A stretch of 64,000 nt of DNA from Azolla caroliniana (GCA_043228905.1 JBHGNT010000012.1:12090001-12154000), one strand, 5' to 3'. Positions 35,782 through 50,443 are shown, numbered from the stretch's first letter. The notes: generated by a model from the sequence alone, not told the origin. Made by a program: numbers and translations.

Positions 35782-36730
35782 AAGGCCATCTCCGCGATGA
35801 AGGACGAATGCAGGTCGATCACGAAAGTCCGACGATTCCTGGGGGTGTGCGCCTTCTACCACATTTGGATCCCGCAATACGTGCACCTTACTGAGCCTCT
35901 CTAGGGGTTGCTGAAGAAGGGTCGGAAGTTCGAATGGGGCGCAGAGCACACAGAGGCAGTCCAGAAATTGAAGGAGAAGTTGACGACAACATCGGCTCTC
36001 CGGAAAGCCTGTATACAAGGTAGAAACTCCAGTTTACATAACGGTGGAAACAATTCCGACCGGAATCGGGTGGGTGATTAATCAGGAAGATGAGGAAGGC
36101 ACACGATTTCCCATCCGGTTCGGTGCGACGGTGCTGAGCGAGCTGCAACGAGGATATGCCCAGGTTAAACGCGAGCTCTAGGGTATTGTTTCGGAAGTCA
36201 AGGAAGATTTGATTGGGATGGAGGTAATAATCAAGACAGACTGCCTACTGATCCTCGGTATGGTTTCCAGACGTGTGACTCCGGACCTGGCAATGCTGAG
36301 GTGGATTGCGTACATCAAGTCCTTGAATCCGGAAATATGACACATCTTCGGAAAGGACAAAACACCATGGTCGATATGCTCTCAAGAGCATGGTTCGAGA
36401 ACGAGGAGGGCATGGTGTCGGAAGACGAAGAGGTCGACATGGACTTCTTCGAGTCATCTTGAATGTCGGTGAACAAGCAGAGCATTCTGGCCTTGATCGA
36501 GTTCAACGAGGATGACTACGATGGGGAATGGCTTCTGATCGGAAGATTCCTGAGCATGATGATGATGGATGCGTCGTGGACGAATGAAGAAGCGAGTCGA
36601 CTCTGGAAGAAACTTACAAGTTCTTCCTACGAAGCACTAAAATCTGGTGGCATCCGAAGAAGCGGAACAGCGCACCACTCCGGGTGGTGACATGGGAAGA
36701 AGACCAATCTGTGTTGATGACGGAGTTCCA
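35782..36730 (+). pseudogene. pol: Family A pol fragment A2 continued (RT end, RNase H)
   Basis: AISAMKDEC, VRRFLG, PTGIGWVINQE, TDCL, LAMLRWIAYIKSLNPEI. Confidence 0.88.
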
Positions 36731-38984
36731 AGGGCAATTCGATGCTCAAGACTATAGATTATGTTAAAGGAAACTACACATCCTAAATCACCTAAGAGTA
36801 TGTGTATTGGCTTAGACTCTTCGAATATCTTCCTGGAAGCTATGGGATGTCCATCAATCACAACTACGGAAAGTGGACAAGGAAGTGTATGCAAGGATAA
36901 TTGGTGTTTTTGGGCAAAATCTCTATCCATGAAACAAGAATTGGCTCCAGTATCTAAGAGGGCTTGGACTTGAAGTTGACAACTCGGTGTCCTAACTTGT
37001 ACTTGGGCTGAGAAGACTCTACTAATATGCTTGGAAGAAATGGAACCCACACTAGGTTGTACATATCTAGGGTTGTCCAACCAAATGGCTCCTATTTTGG
37101 CCGGACTTATTCATTTGACTCCTCTTCTAATTGGCTTAGGACTTCAAAGTTATTGGAAAAGGGTGGATTATTAATAATATTGGATTCACTAACTACTTGT
37201 AAAATGTTGGACTCAATTTTATTGTCATAGTGAATTTGATTTACTTGACGTCTCGGTCTACGGGAGCAATGAATGACTATATGTATTGGACCTCCACAAT
37301 ATAAGCACAAACGGTTTGCTCGGTGTCGTTGCTTCTCTTCGCCTGACAACAGTCATCGTTGTTGAGTGATATCGATCTCCATGGGTGTAGGACTATCCAT
37401 TGGGATTGGACTACGTGTTTGCTTTGGAGTTGGAGCAAGGCTATATGTTTGCCTTGGGGATGATTGTGCCATTATTGATGCATAAGTTGGTGTGAATCTT
37501 GATCTTGTTATTTGTTGTTGTTGCTCACATCGACGCTCAGAAAGGCGATTATCACTTGGACCGTGAAGTCGAAACAAGGAGTGCGGACGGTAGGCCATCG
37601 GTTGGTGCAATATGTAAGATGTAGAGTTATAGAGAAAAGGTTTAGGGTTTAGGAATTAGGGTTTGAGTCTTGGTTTTGGTTTTGGTTTAGGGTTAGGGTT
37701 TAAGAATTAGGGTTTAGTGTTTGTTTCGGGCTTAGGGTTTAGAGGATAAAAGGGTTTAGTGCAAGAGGGGAAAAAGTGAAAAGTAACACCAAGAATAATT
37801 TGAGCACACCCAAATTATTTGACAAACTTGGTGTAAGTGAGGCATAATAAGAGATAGAGGAAGGGGGGAGAGAGAGAGACGAGGGATTAATCACTAACAT
37901 TAAAACTAGAAACAAGTTAAAACATAACCATAAGCTAAATAGTCTAGATTAGAAAGAGGGAGAGATTAAGAAGGAGACTAATTTTCATTAAGAAAAAGGA
38001 AAAATTACAATACGAATCTTGTTGATAGTTGTTCTCGCCCCATCAGTATCTCCGAAACAAGCCTTAAATTCTTTGATAAATTCCTCAAAAGTATTCAGTA
38101 GAGGAGAATTTATCTCTAGCAATGGAACAAACCACGACAACACTATGCCAGTCAATAAGGTGCTCACTAAACCGACTCGTGATGCATCTATCAAATAACG
38201 TGTGGGATGCATTTGAATCACCAACTGTACTTGATTCAAGAAACCTCGGAAATGCGCCCTCGAACCATCAAATGCGTCCTTGACCTTCGACCCTTTTTTG
38301 TTGTAACACTACGATTGTCGGCTCTAACTGTTGAACCCATCACGTGCTCTCCTCTTATTGTTGCTACTTCTCTAGAGTAACCTTTTGTAGATACCCAAGT
38401 AGACGTTGATTCTCTACTTCAAGAGATGCGAACTTTGATTTAAGATTCTCCATTTCTGCAACAAGGGTGAGATATTCTTCTGATTTAATGGCGGCCATGG
38501 TTTCATGATGGTTATAGAGGAGGATGAGAGAGAGAGAGAGAGAGAGAGAGAGGGAATTCGAATCAAACTATCAGAACCAAGAATAAATGATAGAGCGATG
38601 GAAGAAGAATATAAGGGAACACGAGAAGAAAGGAACGAAATGCTAAGAGAAGAATGGGTGGATTAAGATAGAGAAAGAAAGAGAATGGATACAAGATATG
38701 TAATGAGAGCTAAAGAATGGTGTTGATTCTAATTGATTTGAGAATACATGTATGCCCTTATTTCTAGGTTCCTATGGAATATCTTAGAGATTTCTATAAT
38801 GTTCTAGAATGTTCTAGGACATTCTAGAACATTGTAGAATGATCTAGAGTTTTTACAATAATCAATCTAATACAAAAAGTAGCTTTTATCCTCTCATATG
38901 ACAATAAACTATCTTAATGGTTGAGGTTTTCAATTATCGATTACAAGGTCCGGGTGATGTCATAATGGTCATGTCTTCATGACA
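36731..38984 (-). mobile_element. Family C copy C3 (LTR 38569-38984, gag, protease), degenerate
   Basis: LLDTGANSCFMD, CLYCGG, PMEIDI, MHPTRY; LTR start TGTCATGAAGACAT matches 16327. Confidence 0.88.
37564..38010. other. Unrelated insert in C3 gag with degenerate TTTAGGG/telobox repeats
   Basis: Cluster of TAGGGTT(T) at 37638-37760 replacing part of gag. Confidence 0.55.
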
Positions 38985-39522
38985 CAAATAGTGCCACAAG
39001 GAGGCCTTGGATGAAATCACCCAACTCCACAAAGCCCTCCAGCAATCCCAACAGAAAGAAGTTGAACTGCAAAAGCAATTTGACACGAATAAGGCGGATT
39101 ACAACCAAAGCTTGCAAGGAAAAGAGGAGTAGACTGCAGAAGCAATTTGACACAGAGGAGGAGGATTACAACCAAACCCTGCAAGGAAAAGAGGAGTAGG
39201 CAACAACAGCCCTTAGGGAGAAAGACGAACAAGTAGCAGAAGCACTACGGACACAAGCGGAGTAGGTGGAAGTGGCCCTTCGGGCACACATGTACTAGGC
39301 GACCGAATTCACTCAGGCAAAGGAGGTAGCCTTTCAACAAGTGATTACGGCTATGAAAGTAGACCTGGCCCAAGTTCTCTGACAGAAACAAGTGCAATAT
39401 GCGAAACTGCAGAAAGAACATAATGCATTTCTGCTTGACTTCATCAACCTCCATCGAGAATTGCTCGACCTCCAAGTTTGTGACTGGATACAACAATATG
39501 AAATCGAGACGTACATGCATGA
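38985..39522 (+). pseudogene. Coiled-coil coding remnant, possibly the upstream part of B3 ORF3, with ~66-bp internal duplication
   Basis: LQKQFDT..DYNQ.LQGKEE twice; lies directly before the A3 insertion, whose other side is ORF3-like. Confidence 0.45.
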
Positions 39523-39578
39523 TGTCATGGAGGATTTCGGCCAAAGGGAGAAAAAGGAGCTGAAAGCATGTGAACCAG

Positions 39579-40435
39579 TGTCGTGGTAATCCGCGAGTAC
39601 GTGTCGAAGGGGGTGGGACCACGGGGGTCTCGGACGAGGAAGAGATGGGTTTCGAGAAGTCGACTTCTCTCTAGTCCCGGCTGCACCAGTTGTGGCACAA
39701 AACGGAGCAATTCCGGACGCATACCGGCGGCTACCGAACACGAGAGAGGGAGAGAGAGAGACCACGCGTGCAACGCCGACTCAACACACACCTCTTATGC
39801 ACAGGAAACAAAGGGGAAAGAAACGCATCCAACACCAACAGAGACACAAATATGCACAACCTTTTAAATATATATAATTACAAGAGCAAGATACAACTCC
39901 GGCTTCGAGCTGGACTGAGGTAGGTTAGGTCACAACAACAGTCTGCCACCAAGCCGCTTATTGGGGAGCTCTCGGGCTCATTGCGCCGAGCGGGGTCTTG
40001 CATAGGAGACCGAGCAAAATCAAACCCCCGCAGGACATACAAGCTCTTCACCAGACTAAATCCTGAATAGACACGAAGACTCAACCCACATGAGGATGAA
40101 GAAGAAGACCTAAATGAAGCCCTAAAGAAGTAAGTAAGGAAGAAAGAAAACTACCAAACCTTAGATCTAATTGGTATACCCTCCTAACTCAAAATGGGCA
40201 ACCCCTCTACAATGGAACCTTCCTTCCTTTTATAGAACAAGGAGAGGGATGCGTTACAATGTGGTTTAAATCCCGATTTACAGGGAATTCTCTGTCCCGA
40301 CTTAACTCCTACTCAGCGCCATAAAGGCACCCTTATTACCTACACCATTTGTACAAGGGTGAGTGCACATGCTCCACCCCGCCGATTCTTCCAATATTCC
40401 CCGGTTTCTCACTATGGCCCGGAATCTTCACGACA
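39579..40435 (-). mobile_element. Family A solo LTR A4 nested in the A3 5' LTR
   Basis: TGTCGTG...CACGACA, TSD CCAG/CCGG, U3 similar to the A5 LTRs. Confidence 0.85.
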
Positions 40436-43400
40436 CCGGGTGTGCACGGATGGACATGAAACCACGTTGATGTACCGCTATGTGTAAATAGTATAGTGTT
40501 AGTTGGTGAAACTAGGTAGGAGTGATTCAATAGCTACTTTTATGGCCACACGAGTAGAGGAATAAAGGGGATTGATGAGAGAAAATTGAGGAAGGAATCA
40601 GGACAGAAAAGCAGCTATCTTAACAGCTTGATGTAACAGCCTCTCTCTTCTTGAGCTATAAAAGGAGAGAGAGAAGATTGAAGCAAGGGTCCACAAGTTT
40701 GGAGAACGGAGTTTTGCCGGACTGAGCTCTGCAGATTTCCGTTTCTTTGTTCCCTGTTTCTGCCATTGTGCTGTGAGGCCTCGGTTTCGCATTGGTAGCC
40801 CATGTGCTCCCCATCGGAGGCTTGTTAGCGTTTGTGTGTGTGTGAGTGTGAAAAGCTAGAAGCTTTATTGTCGGCGGAGTCTGGTTGTAAGTCTCCTCCC
40901 TCGATTACTAGTTTACCTTGTTGTATTCTTATAAAGGCCTTCTTTGTCTCTACCATGTAGTTATCACCGTTTCTTCTCGCTTGTGTGTGCATACCCAAGT
41001 GTGTGAGCCCATGAGCTGATTGTCCGTTATCCGACGTAGCTCCAGAACCAATAACGCATGTCGAGCCTGTGTGCTCACCACCCAGCAGCATCCAAAGACA
41101 AGTTCAGATCGGATACGTCTCCGGACCGCACTCTCCCGAAGTTATCCGGAAACCGATGAAGATAATCCTGTTTCCTTACCGCCTCTGGATAATCCCTTTC
41201 CTTACTAGCTCAGTTATCCAAACACTGATCCGGAAAATCCCTCTTCCCTTACTGGCTCCTTGGTTCGAGAACCCGGTGGTTCCACCCTGTTTCAAAACAT
41301 ACTCACGGAAATCCGCGACATCTTTGGTGAGCCCAACATGAAAGGTGGCGGCAAAGGAGCAAGATTAGGGGAAGTGAACTTGCAAAGATGATGGTGGTCA
41401 TCGTCGACCATATAGTAAATGCACGGGTGAGCGCAGGTGGCCTCGACAAGGCCGTAGAGACGATAGTCGGCACGATAGGGAGTCCTACCGGGTCGAAATG
41501 ATAATGAGGGACATCCCGGAGGACTGACGGTTGTTCCTGATTCCCTCCGGTAGTGACGCCAAGCATCCACAAGGAGGTGCTCAAGGTATAGGCCGATTGT
41601 TGGAACTGCTCGGAGCTCGAGGAGCGACTCCTCGAGAGGCATGGTTTCAATGACTCGCTCCGTTGTCGAAGAGGGTGTTCATGGAGTGGGTCGCACTCCC
41701 CGACAAAGGACAGAACACATCAGTGCTTCTCCATGAATTTGAGAAGCATTTTGCGCGCCTTTCGGCATTGGACTAGACCGTGCTCGACACGAGCAGAGTC
41801 CTGCTATTTATAAAATTGGTCGATTCGCTTGATTGGCAGAAGGCGGATCTCCTGTTGAAGACGGATGAGGGTATCATGGCCGATTGGGCCGTGGTGAAGA
41901 TAGTTTGTAGCTGTTTTGACAAACGGCGGGAATGGAACGACAAGGGTCGTCAATAATTGGCCCGACTGCCGAGAAGAGGTCAGAGGAGATTCCGACTCGG
42001 TCGCAGGATACAAGAGGTGGCTTGAGTCAGGGCCAATTTGGACCAATGTGGTTGAAGGACCATCCCGAGGCACAACTTTGGAGGAGTTGATGAAGACGGT
42101 GCGCGATCTTCAGATCGCACAAGCCCAAAGAGATGATGAGGGTCACTCACGTGACCAGAGGCCTCCGAATGACCAAAGGTGCATGTGGTGCGATGCTATC
42201 GGACACATTTAGAGAGAGTGCACCAATTTTCCGCAGCTCTCAAGAGCAATGTCATGTACCTGTGGAATGGATGGGTACACATAAGAGACACGCAAAGGCC
42301 CCTCGAGGTGAACTTGGAATGAAGAGATTAATGGAGGATGCCGCAACCTAGAACGTTGAGGCTATTTACTACTCGGAGTCGGTAGGTATCCGGGTAGGCA
42401 GTGAAAAGGGCACCGGCCTCATAACAGACGCCGGATTTTGGCCGCTAGTACTTGAGGACCTATACAGAGTGAGACTAAGGAAGGAAGATGCGGATTGTGT
42501 AGAGAGGCAGGTCCAAGAGGGCACTCGATGGAACGATCTGATTGAAGAGAAAATCGGCTTCATGGAAGCCGCGTGGCTAAACTACAAAGTTTTTGTGGAA
42601 GACAAGCGGGCCGGACCTTCGAACTAGTATGAGACCTGGAGCGGTCCAAAGAAAAATCACAGAAAACGCTAAGTTCCCGAGCTTCCAGTTGAGTTCGGAG
42701 ATAGAGAGAGTGATGGACTTGCGAAAGGTCTTGGAAATGTATTCTCGACAGCTGGGTGGAACTCACCCTGAGGATGGTGCTACGGATAACGAAGAAAGAG
42801 TTCCACGATTCGATCGTCAACCTCGTGAAGAGGAAGCAACCCTTGTTGGAGCTTGTATGGAAACAAAGTTACATCATGGCGGCTTGGATGGAAACAAAGT
42901 GCTAGACAACGGTTCAGCCTATGCATGGGTAAAAAGCCAAGACGGTCGGCACTCCGTCCAATTCTTAACAGTCCGGCAGAACCACGAGCGGAACCAAAAC
43001 TCCCTCAACACCGAGTGCTGAGAGGACTTTTAGCAATGTCTATCAAGGCGTGGGTCTGTGATAGTCTTAATGACCGGAAAAATCCCCACACCTATACAAT
43101 AGGTAGGAAATTTTGGCCCTATGTTAATGGAGGTTGTACCATTGCCAGCATCGGTGGTCGGGAAAAGAAGAAGGTCGAAGACCGCTTGAAGGCATGCAGA
43201 GCCTTGGGTCCCGACCAATAGATCAGTGGCGTTGTGGAGGCGGTCTCATTTGATGACACTCTCGGGGAGATCGAGAGGGCAATCGAAGAGGATTTGAGCG
43301 AAGACCGAATGATTTAGATCAGTTCGGTTGAAATGTATGAAGTCATCATGGACTTCGGGAGGATAATCAGATTGTGTCCGATAGCCCAAGTCAACACGAA

Positions 43401-46257
43401 ATATAAGACTGTGGACCAAAAGGTAAGGCCAGTCATGGCTGCCTTACTGAGGATAGTTGGGAGCGGATGAGAGGGGTCACGACCGACCCAAGTTTGTGAG
43501 ATCCAACCGGCATAGGGTACTGGTTCACCGAGGAGATGCTACGGAGGTTGAAGATCATTGGGGGTTGCTTTTTACTGCAGACAGAGGACCAGTTTCGGAC
43601 GATGTTTGAGAGGCACGAGAAGGCCTTGTATTCTCTTTGGGGGCAGATCCGGTATGTCGATCCAAAAATTGTAGAACCAATGGTGATATTCAAGGTACCG
43701 CACATACCAGGAACCTGAAGCCGATTCCGGTACCGAGGGCTCACATCCCGAAGTTGATGGAGTTGCTCAAGGAGAAGGTGGAGATGGAGATTCTTGAACC
43801 GTCGAGTGCCCCTTTAAATTCGAATCGATGGTTTACGGTGCCAAAAAAGAACAACACGGTGCACTTCATCCAGGACCTGCAACCGGTCAATAAAGTGACT
43901 ATTAAGAATGTAGGGGTGGGGCCGACAATCAATGAGTTCGTAGAGGCTTATACTTTGGGTACCACCAGTTCTAGCTACCCGTGGAGAGTAGGGATATGAC
44001 AACAATGACCCCTCTCGGCTTAGTTCAGTTGTGTACCTACCTCAAGGAGGTACCAACTTGGTGGCGGACATGGTGAATGCAATGACCAAAATGCTAAGGG
44101 ACTACATCCCATACATCACCATGCCATTTTTCGATGACATTCCGTTGAAAAGATGTCCGGAGGACTTAAAGGAAGAATCGTTTGGAGAAGATGGGTGCCA
44201 AAAGTTTGTTGTTGATCACGTTGCCGATTGCGAGAAGGTACTTCAGAGGCTCGAGATAGCACGACTTACCTTCTCCAGGGAGAAGTCATCATTTGAGCAA
44301 TCAGAGGTCCTAGTGGTGGGGCACCTTTACGGACCTTACGGTCAAAAAATTTCCCTAGCCAAGGTAGAGGCCATCTTAGAGATGAAGGAAGAGTGCAGGT
44401 CGGTCACGGAAATCTGATGGTTCCTAGGTCTGTGCGTCATCTACCACATTTGGATTCCCCATTACGCGCATATCACCGAGCGAGTCTATGGCTTGTTGAA
44501 GAACGAGTGGAAGTTCAGATGGGGCAAAGAGCACTCGGGGGTGATCCGGAGACTAAAGGGGATGTTTACGGTGGCACTAGCTCTCCGGAAAGAAGTGTAC
44601 AAGACGGACACTCCAATTTATGTGACGATTGACACAAGTCCAACTGGAATTGGGTGGGTGATCAACCAAGAGGACGAAGTTGGAACAAGGTTCTCCATCC
44701 GATTCGGTGTGAAGGTGTTAAGCGAGTGACAACAAGGATACGCCCAAGTTAAACACAAACTATGGGGTATCATTTCGTTGGTTAAGGAAGATAAGGATTA
44801 CTTTATCGTGACTGAGGTAATTATCGAAATAGACTGCCTACCGATTCTCGGTATGGTTTCCGCATGCATGACTCCGGACTTGGCAATGCTAAGGTGGATC
44901 GCGTACATAAAGTCCCTGAATTCGGAGATATGGCACATCTCCGGGAAAGACAACACCATGGCCGACATGCTATTGAGGGCACGGTACGAAGACAAGAACG
45001 ACATGGTGTCGGAAGACGAAGGAGTCGTTGTAGACTACTTTGAGTCACCTCGGATGTCTACAAACAAACGAAGCGCTTCGACCCTGAACGAGTTCGACGA
45101 GGACAACTATGACAATGAGTGGCTTCTAATTGGGAGGTTCCTAAGCATGATGATGCCGAACGCAGTGTGGATGAAGGAAGAGGCCAGTCAAATCTGGAAG
45201 AAGGCCTACAAGTTCTTCTTGCGAGAGGGTAAGACATGGTGGCATCCGAAGAAGCGGAATGACACACCACTCTGGGTGGTGACGCGGATGGAAGACCAAT
45301 CGGTGCTGATGTCGGAGTTCCACGAGAGTCCTTGGTCTGGACATCGGGGGATGTGGGCCATGTTCAAAAAGCTCAAGGAGAGATGCCGGTGGCCGAGAAT
45401 GTATCGCGACATGCACCACTTCATGATGACATACGAGAGTTATCAGGTACATTCTGGAATCCGACACCATGACGAGCTACACCCAACCTACCCGCCGACC
45501 ATTCACTTGAAATGATAGTGGCAATGATAGTGGGGATAGGGAAGATGCAGTACCTAGCGCTTGCGCGAGAGGACCTGACGAACTAGGTAGAGGGTCGAGC
45601 ATTAATGAACAAGGCAACTGCAACGATATGCCGGTTCTTGATCGAGGACATGATTTGCCAATACGGGTGCGTTGGGAAGATAGTAGCCGACCGAAGGGAG
45701 TTGGACGTGCAAGAAGCCAAGGAGTTGTTCGACCGACTAGGGGTCAAGCTCTCCCTCACAATGGCGTACAATCCAAAGGCAAACGGAAAGGTCAAAAGAG
45801 GGCACAGAACGATTGACAAGGCAATAGTGCAAGCATGCGACTGACAAATTGGAAATTGGCCAAAGCTTCTCCCACATGCGTTGTGGGCCAACTGGACTAT
45901 GCACAATTCGGTGACCGGGTACATGCCAGCTGAACTCATGTTCAAACAAAAGCCAATTATGCCATTGGAGAGAACAATAGCGTTGTGGACGGCAATTGAC
46001 TTGACGGACGAGATGAGTCGGGAGGAGCTACTGGTTGCACGGGTTCGACAACTCCAAAGGCGACCAGAGGACGTAGAACGAGCTAAGGCGAATCTATAGG
46101 TGGCACGACTGAGCAGCAAAGGGAAATTCGACCGGACACACCGAATCAGGCCGAAGAAAATCAAGGAAGGTGATTGGGTACTGGTATACGATAGTAGCCT
46201 CGGCAACCAGCACCGGTCGACCCAGAATTTCACGACGCGGTGGTTTGGGCCTTACGT

Positions 46258-49200
46258 TGTCGCGGAGATCCGCGCTTGCATGTCAGATCCGGGTGGTAAC
46301 ACTGGGGTGATGGACCAGGAGAGGAGGATTTTCTGGAAATCGGAAGCCTTCGGAGCTCGCCGCATTGCCGGCCAGTTCGGACCCGGATAGTTTCCGAGGA
46401 TGACCGATCCGACCGGTTCCGGATGCTTTCCGGAAGCAGCCCGTAACTGCATGGGGAGAGAGATCGCACGTGCTTGTCCACTCGGCCCTTCTGCTCATAT
46501 GTACAAGGGCCTCAAAAGAAGCACTGGCCATGGCCTGGTTCACCGCGCTCGCACACACGCACCCACACATATACACAGGTTGCGACTAGCACACCTAAAC
46601 CGGTTAACTACACACACACTAGCACTTAGACCCCCTTAATACCTATGCTACCTCCCGAGGACACACACACGCGCGCATACATACACGCTGACTCCACACA
46701 GACCCTAACGACGACCTCTCATCGCCAAGCCGCTAGTCGGGAGCACACGGGCTCGCCACGCGAATGGGGCCTTGCACGACAGAGAGGGGAACCTGATACT
46801 GACCCTTCAAGCACCCAAGCTCGTCTGGAATAGCAACACCGCGGACACAGTTGAGGCACTCAGACAGAGATGTGTCGAGGAGAAGCAAAACATAGACAGA
46901 GAAAGACAGAAGATAGTCCGCGCTTTGCGACAAATGAACCCACATATACACAACAACGAAACCCTAACAGAAACAGAAATACCTTCTTGAAGATAAAAAA
47001 TAGAAACAACTTGTATTGACTAAGAAACAAAAATGGAACCTCAAACGAGGAACAAAACTATTTGGGACCCAACAGGTGGGAACCCCTGTACAAGAAGCGC
47101 GCCCTCCCTTTGATAGAACAAGGTGAGGGTCGCGTGACTATGTGGTATAAATCCCGTGATACATGGGAGCCTCCGTCCCGACTTTATTGCCGTTCGGCAC
47201 CATAAAGGCACCCCTATCCCCCATACAAGTTTTACAAGAGTGGGTGCACATGGTTCGCCTTGCCGATTCCTCCAATATCTCCCAGTTTCTCACCGTAGCC
47301 ATGAATCTTCACAACATCCGCCCCCACCAAACCGCACATCCACCGGTATGTGCCAAACTCCGGGAAGGTGAAAGATTCTGGCAGATGAGGAACCGGTCTT
47401 CCGTAGTCCGCACTCCAGTTGCCGCGTCGGCATTGCCAGTCTGAACCTTTGGCTTCGGTTCTTCCTTGCGCTCGCCTCTCCGTAGGCTTGTTCAACCCGT
47501 CCATAGGTCCTTGCCGCGATCCCTCCTGCATGTGCTCCCTTGTTGGCCCTTCTCTCGACCGCCTGCATGCTTCTGTTCATCCGGATTATGCGGTGTCCTT
47601 TGTCCAAGGAGCACCCGTGATGGCCCGCTTAGCCTCCGTAGACTTTCGCGTCATCTTGGTTTCCGTCCCTTGTCGTCCGTCGCCTTCGTCCCCTCGCCGC
47701 CACCTTCCTTCTCCTTGGTCTTATGTTGCCATGTTGGCTCAAATTTCCAAGGTCTCAGGAACTGGTGTGGAGGATCCCTCGCCGGCCTTCTACGCGAGAT
47801 CACCTGAACCGGGAACCATCCTTCGCGCGTGTGCCGTGCATCCCCTTCCCGTGTTCGGCTCCGTCCGTGCCGAACCCCGGTTTTGTCCTATGCACACATC
47901 ATCAGCCCTTGCCCGGCCAGATTGTGCATCACGGCTTCTCCGCATACTAGTGTCCTCCGCATCCGAGGAACACCCCATAGTAACCCGCTTGGCCACTTTC
48001 GTCTTGTGTCTCTACCACAGGTTTGGATCCTTCCGCTTTCCTTCGTCCCCTTGCCCGCTTGTTATCTCGGGTTTGGCACGCCACCCCAGTCGTTGCCACT
48101 CCGACTTCAATCTCCGAGATCTCCGAAGCGGGCGTGGAGGATCCTTCTCCGGTCCTCGATCTTGTTTTCAGTCTCCATCCCGCATAGTTCGTTTACGCAC
48201 GCGTGTGTTCTCGTTCCCGACACCTCCGTGTGCCATCTTCCGCCTTCCTTGTCCGGCACCGCCTGTGCCGAACACCGTCCCGTACTCGTGCTTAACTTTG
48301 GCCCTTGACGGCCACCAACACGTCTTCCGTTCCGCTTTCGGGTGCGCCCTTTCCAGCTCGGCACACCGCTCCTTAACCAGGTGTCCCCGGCAGCTTACTG
48401 GAATATCACCCTTGCCGTCTACCAGCCTGCATGGCTTCCTTCGTTCATGTAACGCCTTGGCTAGTTGGTGCTTCTACTGTTGCCACCTTTGTCCCCTTTC
48501 CTCCACCTTCCATTACCCTCGATCTCACGTTGGCATGTCGGCCGAACAATCAAAGTCTCTGGGCAGGTGTGAAGGATCCTTCTCGGGCCTCTGTCTTGTT
48601 GGGTCGCCGACACTCGTACTAAGTGTGTCCGATCTTTGTCTTGCCGACTCTGCCGGTTGGGTCCGTATCCGGTTCGTGGCCGCCTTGCCGGACTTATACC
48701 TCCTTTTTTCTCTGCTTTCCGTCATCCGATCACGTTCTCCTGCCGCCACCATCCTTCTCTCTAGGTCTCATGCCGGCTCTCGTTGCCGGCTGTCAGAGTC
48801 TCCGACTCTAGAACAACAACACCGCGGAGACAAATGAGACACTCAGACAGAGATGTGTCGAGGAGAAGCAAAACATAGACAGAGAAAGACGAAGACAGTC
48901 CGTGCTCTGCCACAAACGAACCCACACACACACAGCAACGAAACACTAACAGAAACATAAATACCTTCTTGAAGATAAAAAATAGAAACAACTTGTATTC
49001 ACTAGGAAATAAAAATGGAACCTCAAACGAGGAACAAAACTATTTGGGACCCAACCAGTGGGAACCCCTGTACAAGAAGTGCGCCCTCCCTTTTATAGAA
49101 CAAGGTGAGGGTCGCGTGACTATGTGGGATAAATCCCGTGATACATGGGATCCTCCGTCCCGACTTTATTGCCATTCGGTGCCTTTAGCGCCATAAAGGC

Positions 49201-49307
49201 ATCCCTATCCCCCATACAAGTTTTACAAGAGTGGGTGCACATGGTGCGCCTTGCCGATTCCTCCAATATCTCCCGGTTTCTCACCATAGACCAGAATCTT
49301 CACGACA
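46258..49307 (-). mobile_element. Family A internally deleted element A5 nested in the A3 integrase (3' LTR 46258-47316, partial 5' LTR ~48810-49307)
   Basis: TSD ACGT/TCGT within GPYVV codons; 46830-47316 repeats at 48810-49307; PPT at 47317-47330. Confidence 0.87.
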
Positions 49308-50443
49308 TCGTGGTGATGAGCGTCAACAACAATGCGACGTACCATTTGGCTGAGCTCGATGGGATGGGGATCATAGTGCCGATTGTGGGAAAATGGATCA
49401 AATCCTTCAAGAAGGGACACGAAGTGGAACTAAACCTGGAGGTAGGGGTCGAAAGCGCCGACGAAGGCGAGGAGTTGGAAGAGGACTAGATCGGTGATGG
49501 TTAAGGAGAGGAAGAGTGAAGATTGAGCCGGAATCACCACCGCTTCGCTGATTGGCACGTGCTGGAGGACGTGCGGTTTGCTAGGGGTGGATGTCGTGGA
49601 GGATTCCATTCATAGGGAGAAAAAGGAGCCAGAAGCGTGGGAGGAGGGTGTGGATGGATGCACATGAAACCATGTTTATGTACCAATATGTGTAAATAGT
49701 ATAATGTTAGTTGGTGAAACTAGGTAGGAGTGATTCAATAGTTACTATTATGGACACACAAGTAGGTAGGAGTGATTCGATAGTTACTATTATGGACACA
49801 CAAGTAGAGGAATAAAGGGGATTGATGATAGGAAATCGAGGAAGGAATCGAGACAGAAAAGCGGTTGTCATAACAGCCTGAGGATATTGAGGAAGGAATC
49901 CAGACCAAGCTTTGTAGATTTCTGTTTCTCTATTCCATGTTTCTGCCATTGCTGTGAGGCCTCTGTTTTGCGCTAGTAGCTTGTGTGCTCCTAATTGGAG
50001 GCTCGCTAGCGTTTGTGTGTGTGTGAGTGTGGAGAGCTAAAAGCTCTATTGCCAGCCGAGTTCGGTTGTAAGTCTCCTCCGCCGATTAATAATTTACCAT
50101 GTTGTCTTCTTATCCTTTGCCTTCTTTGTCTTTACCGTTTACTTATCACCGTTCCTTCTCGCTTGCATGTGGGTACCCTAGTGTGTGATCCCGTGAGCTC
50201 ATTGTTCGCTATCCAGTGCAGCTCCAAAACCAATAATGTGTGGCGAGCTCATGTGCTCACCATCTAGCATCCGAAGATTGGTCCAAATTGGATACGTCTC
50301 CGGACCGCGCTCCACCGAAGTTATCTGGAAACCAATCGGGATAATCCCATTTCCTTACCAGCTCCAGAATCATGATCATGATAATCCCTTTCCTTACCGG
50401 ATCCGGAACGGAGGTCCGGAGAAAGTTATCGGGACACTAATCC

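Larger units (their letters stand above)
39523..50443 (+). mobile_element. Family A copy A3, old and degenerate (5' LTR 39523-41320, gag-pro to 43033, pol to 49489, 3' LTR 49592-~50443)
   Basis: LTR homology between both ends; putative PBS TGGTGAGCCC at 41325; CMWCDAIGH; RT, RNase H and integrase motifs; two nested insertions. Confidence 0.88.

Noticed and set aside
37638-37760. True interstitial telomere array
   Set aside because: Units are interrupted and few, not a tandem TTTAGGG tract
47419-48837. 472-aa protein-coding gene
   Set aside because: Non-ATG start, Ser/Pro/Arg/Cys-rich composition typical of GC-rich non-coding frames, no motifs, and it runs into an LTR; kept only as a low-interest finding
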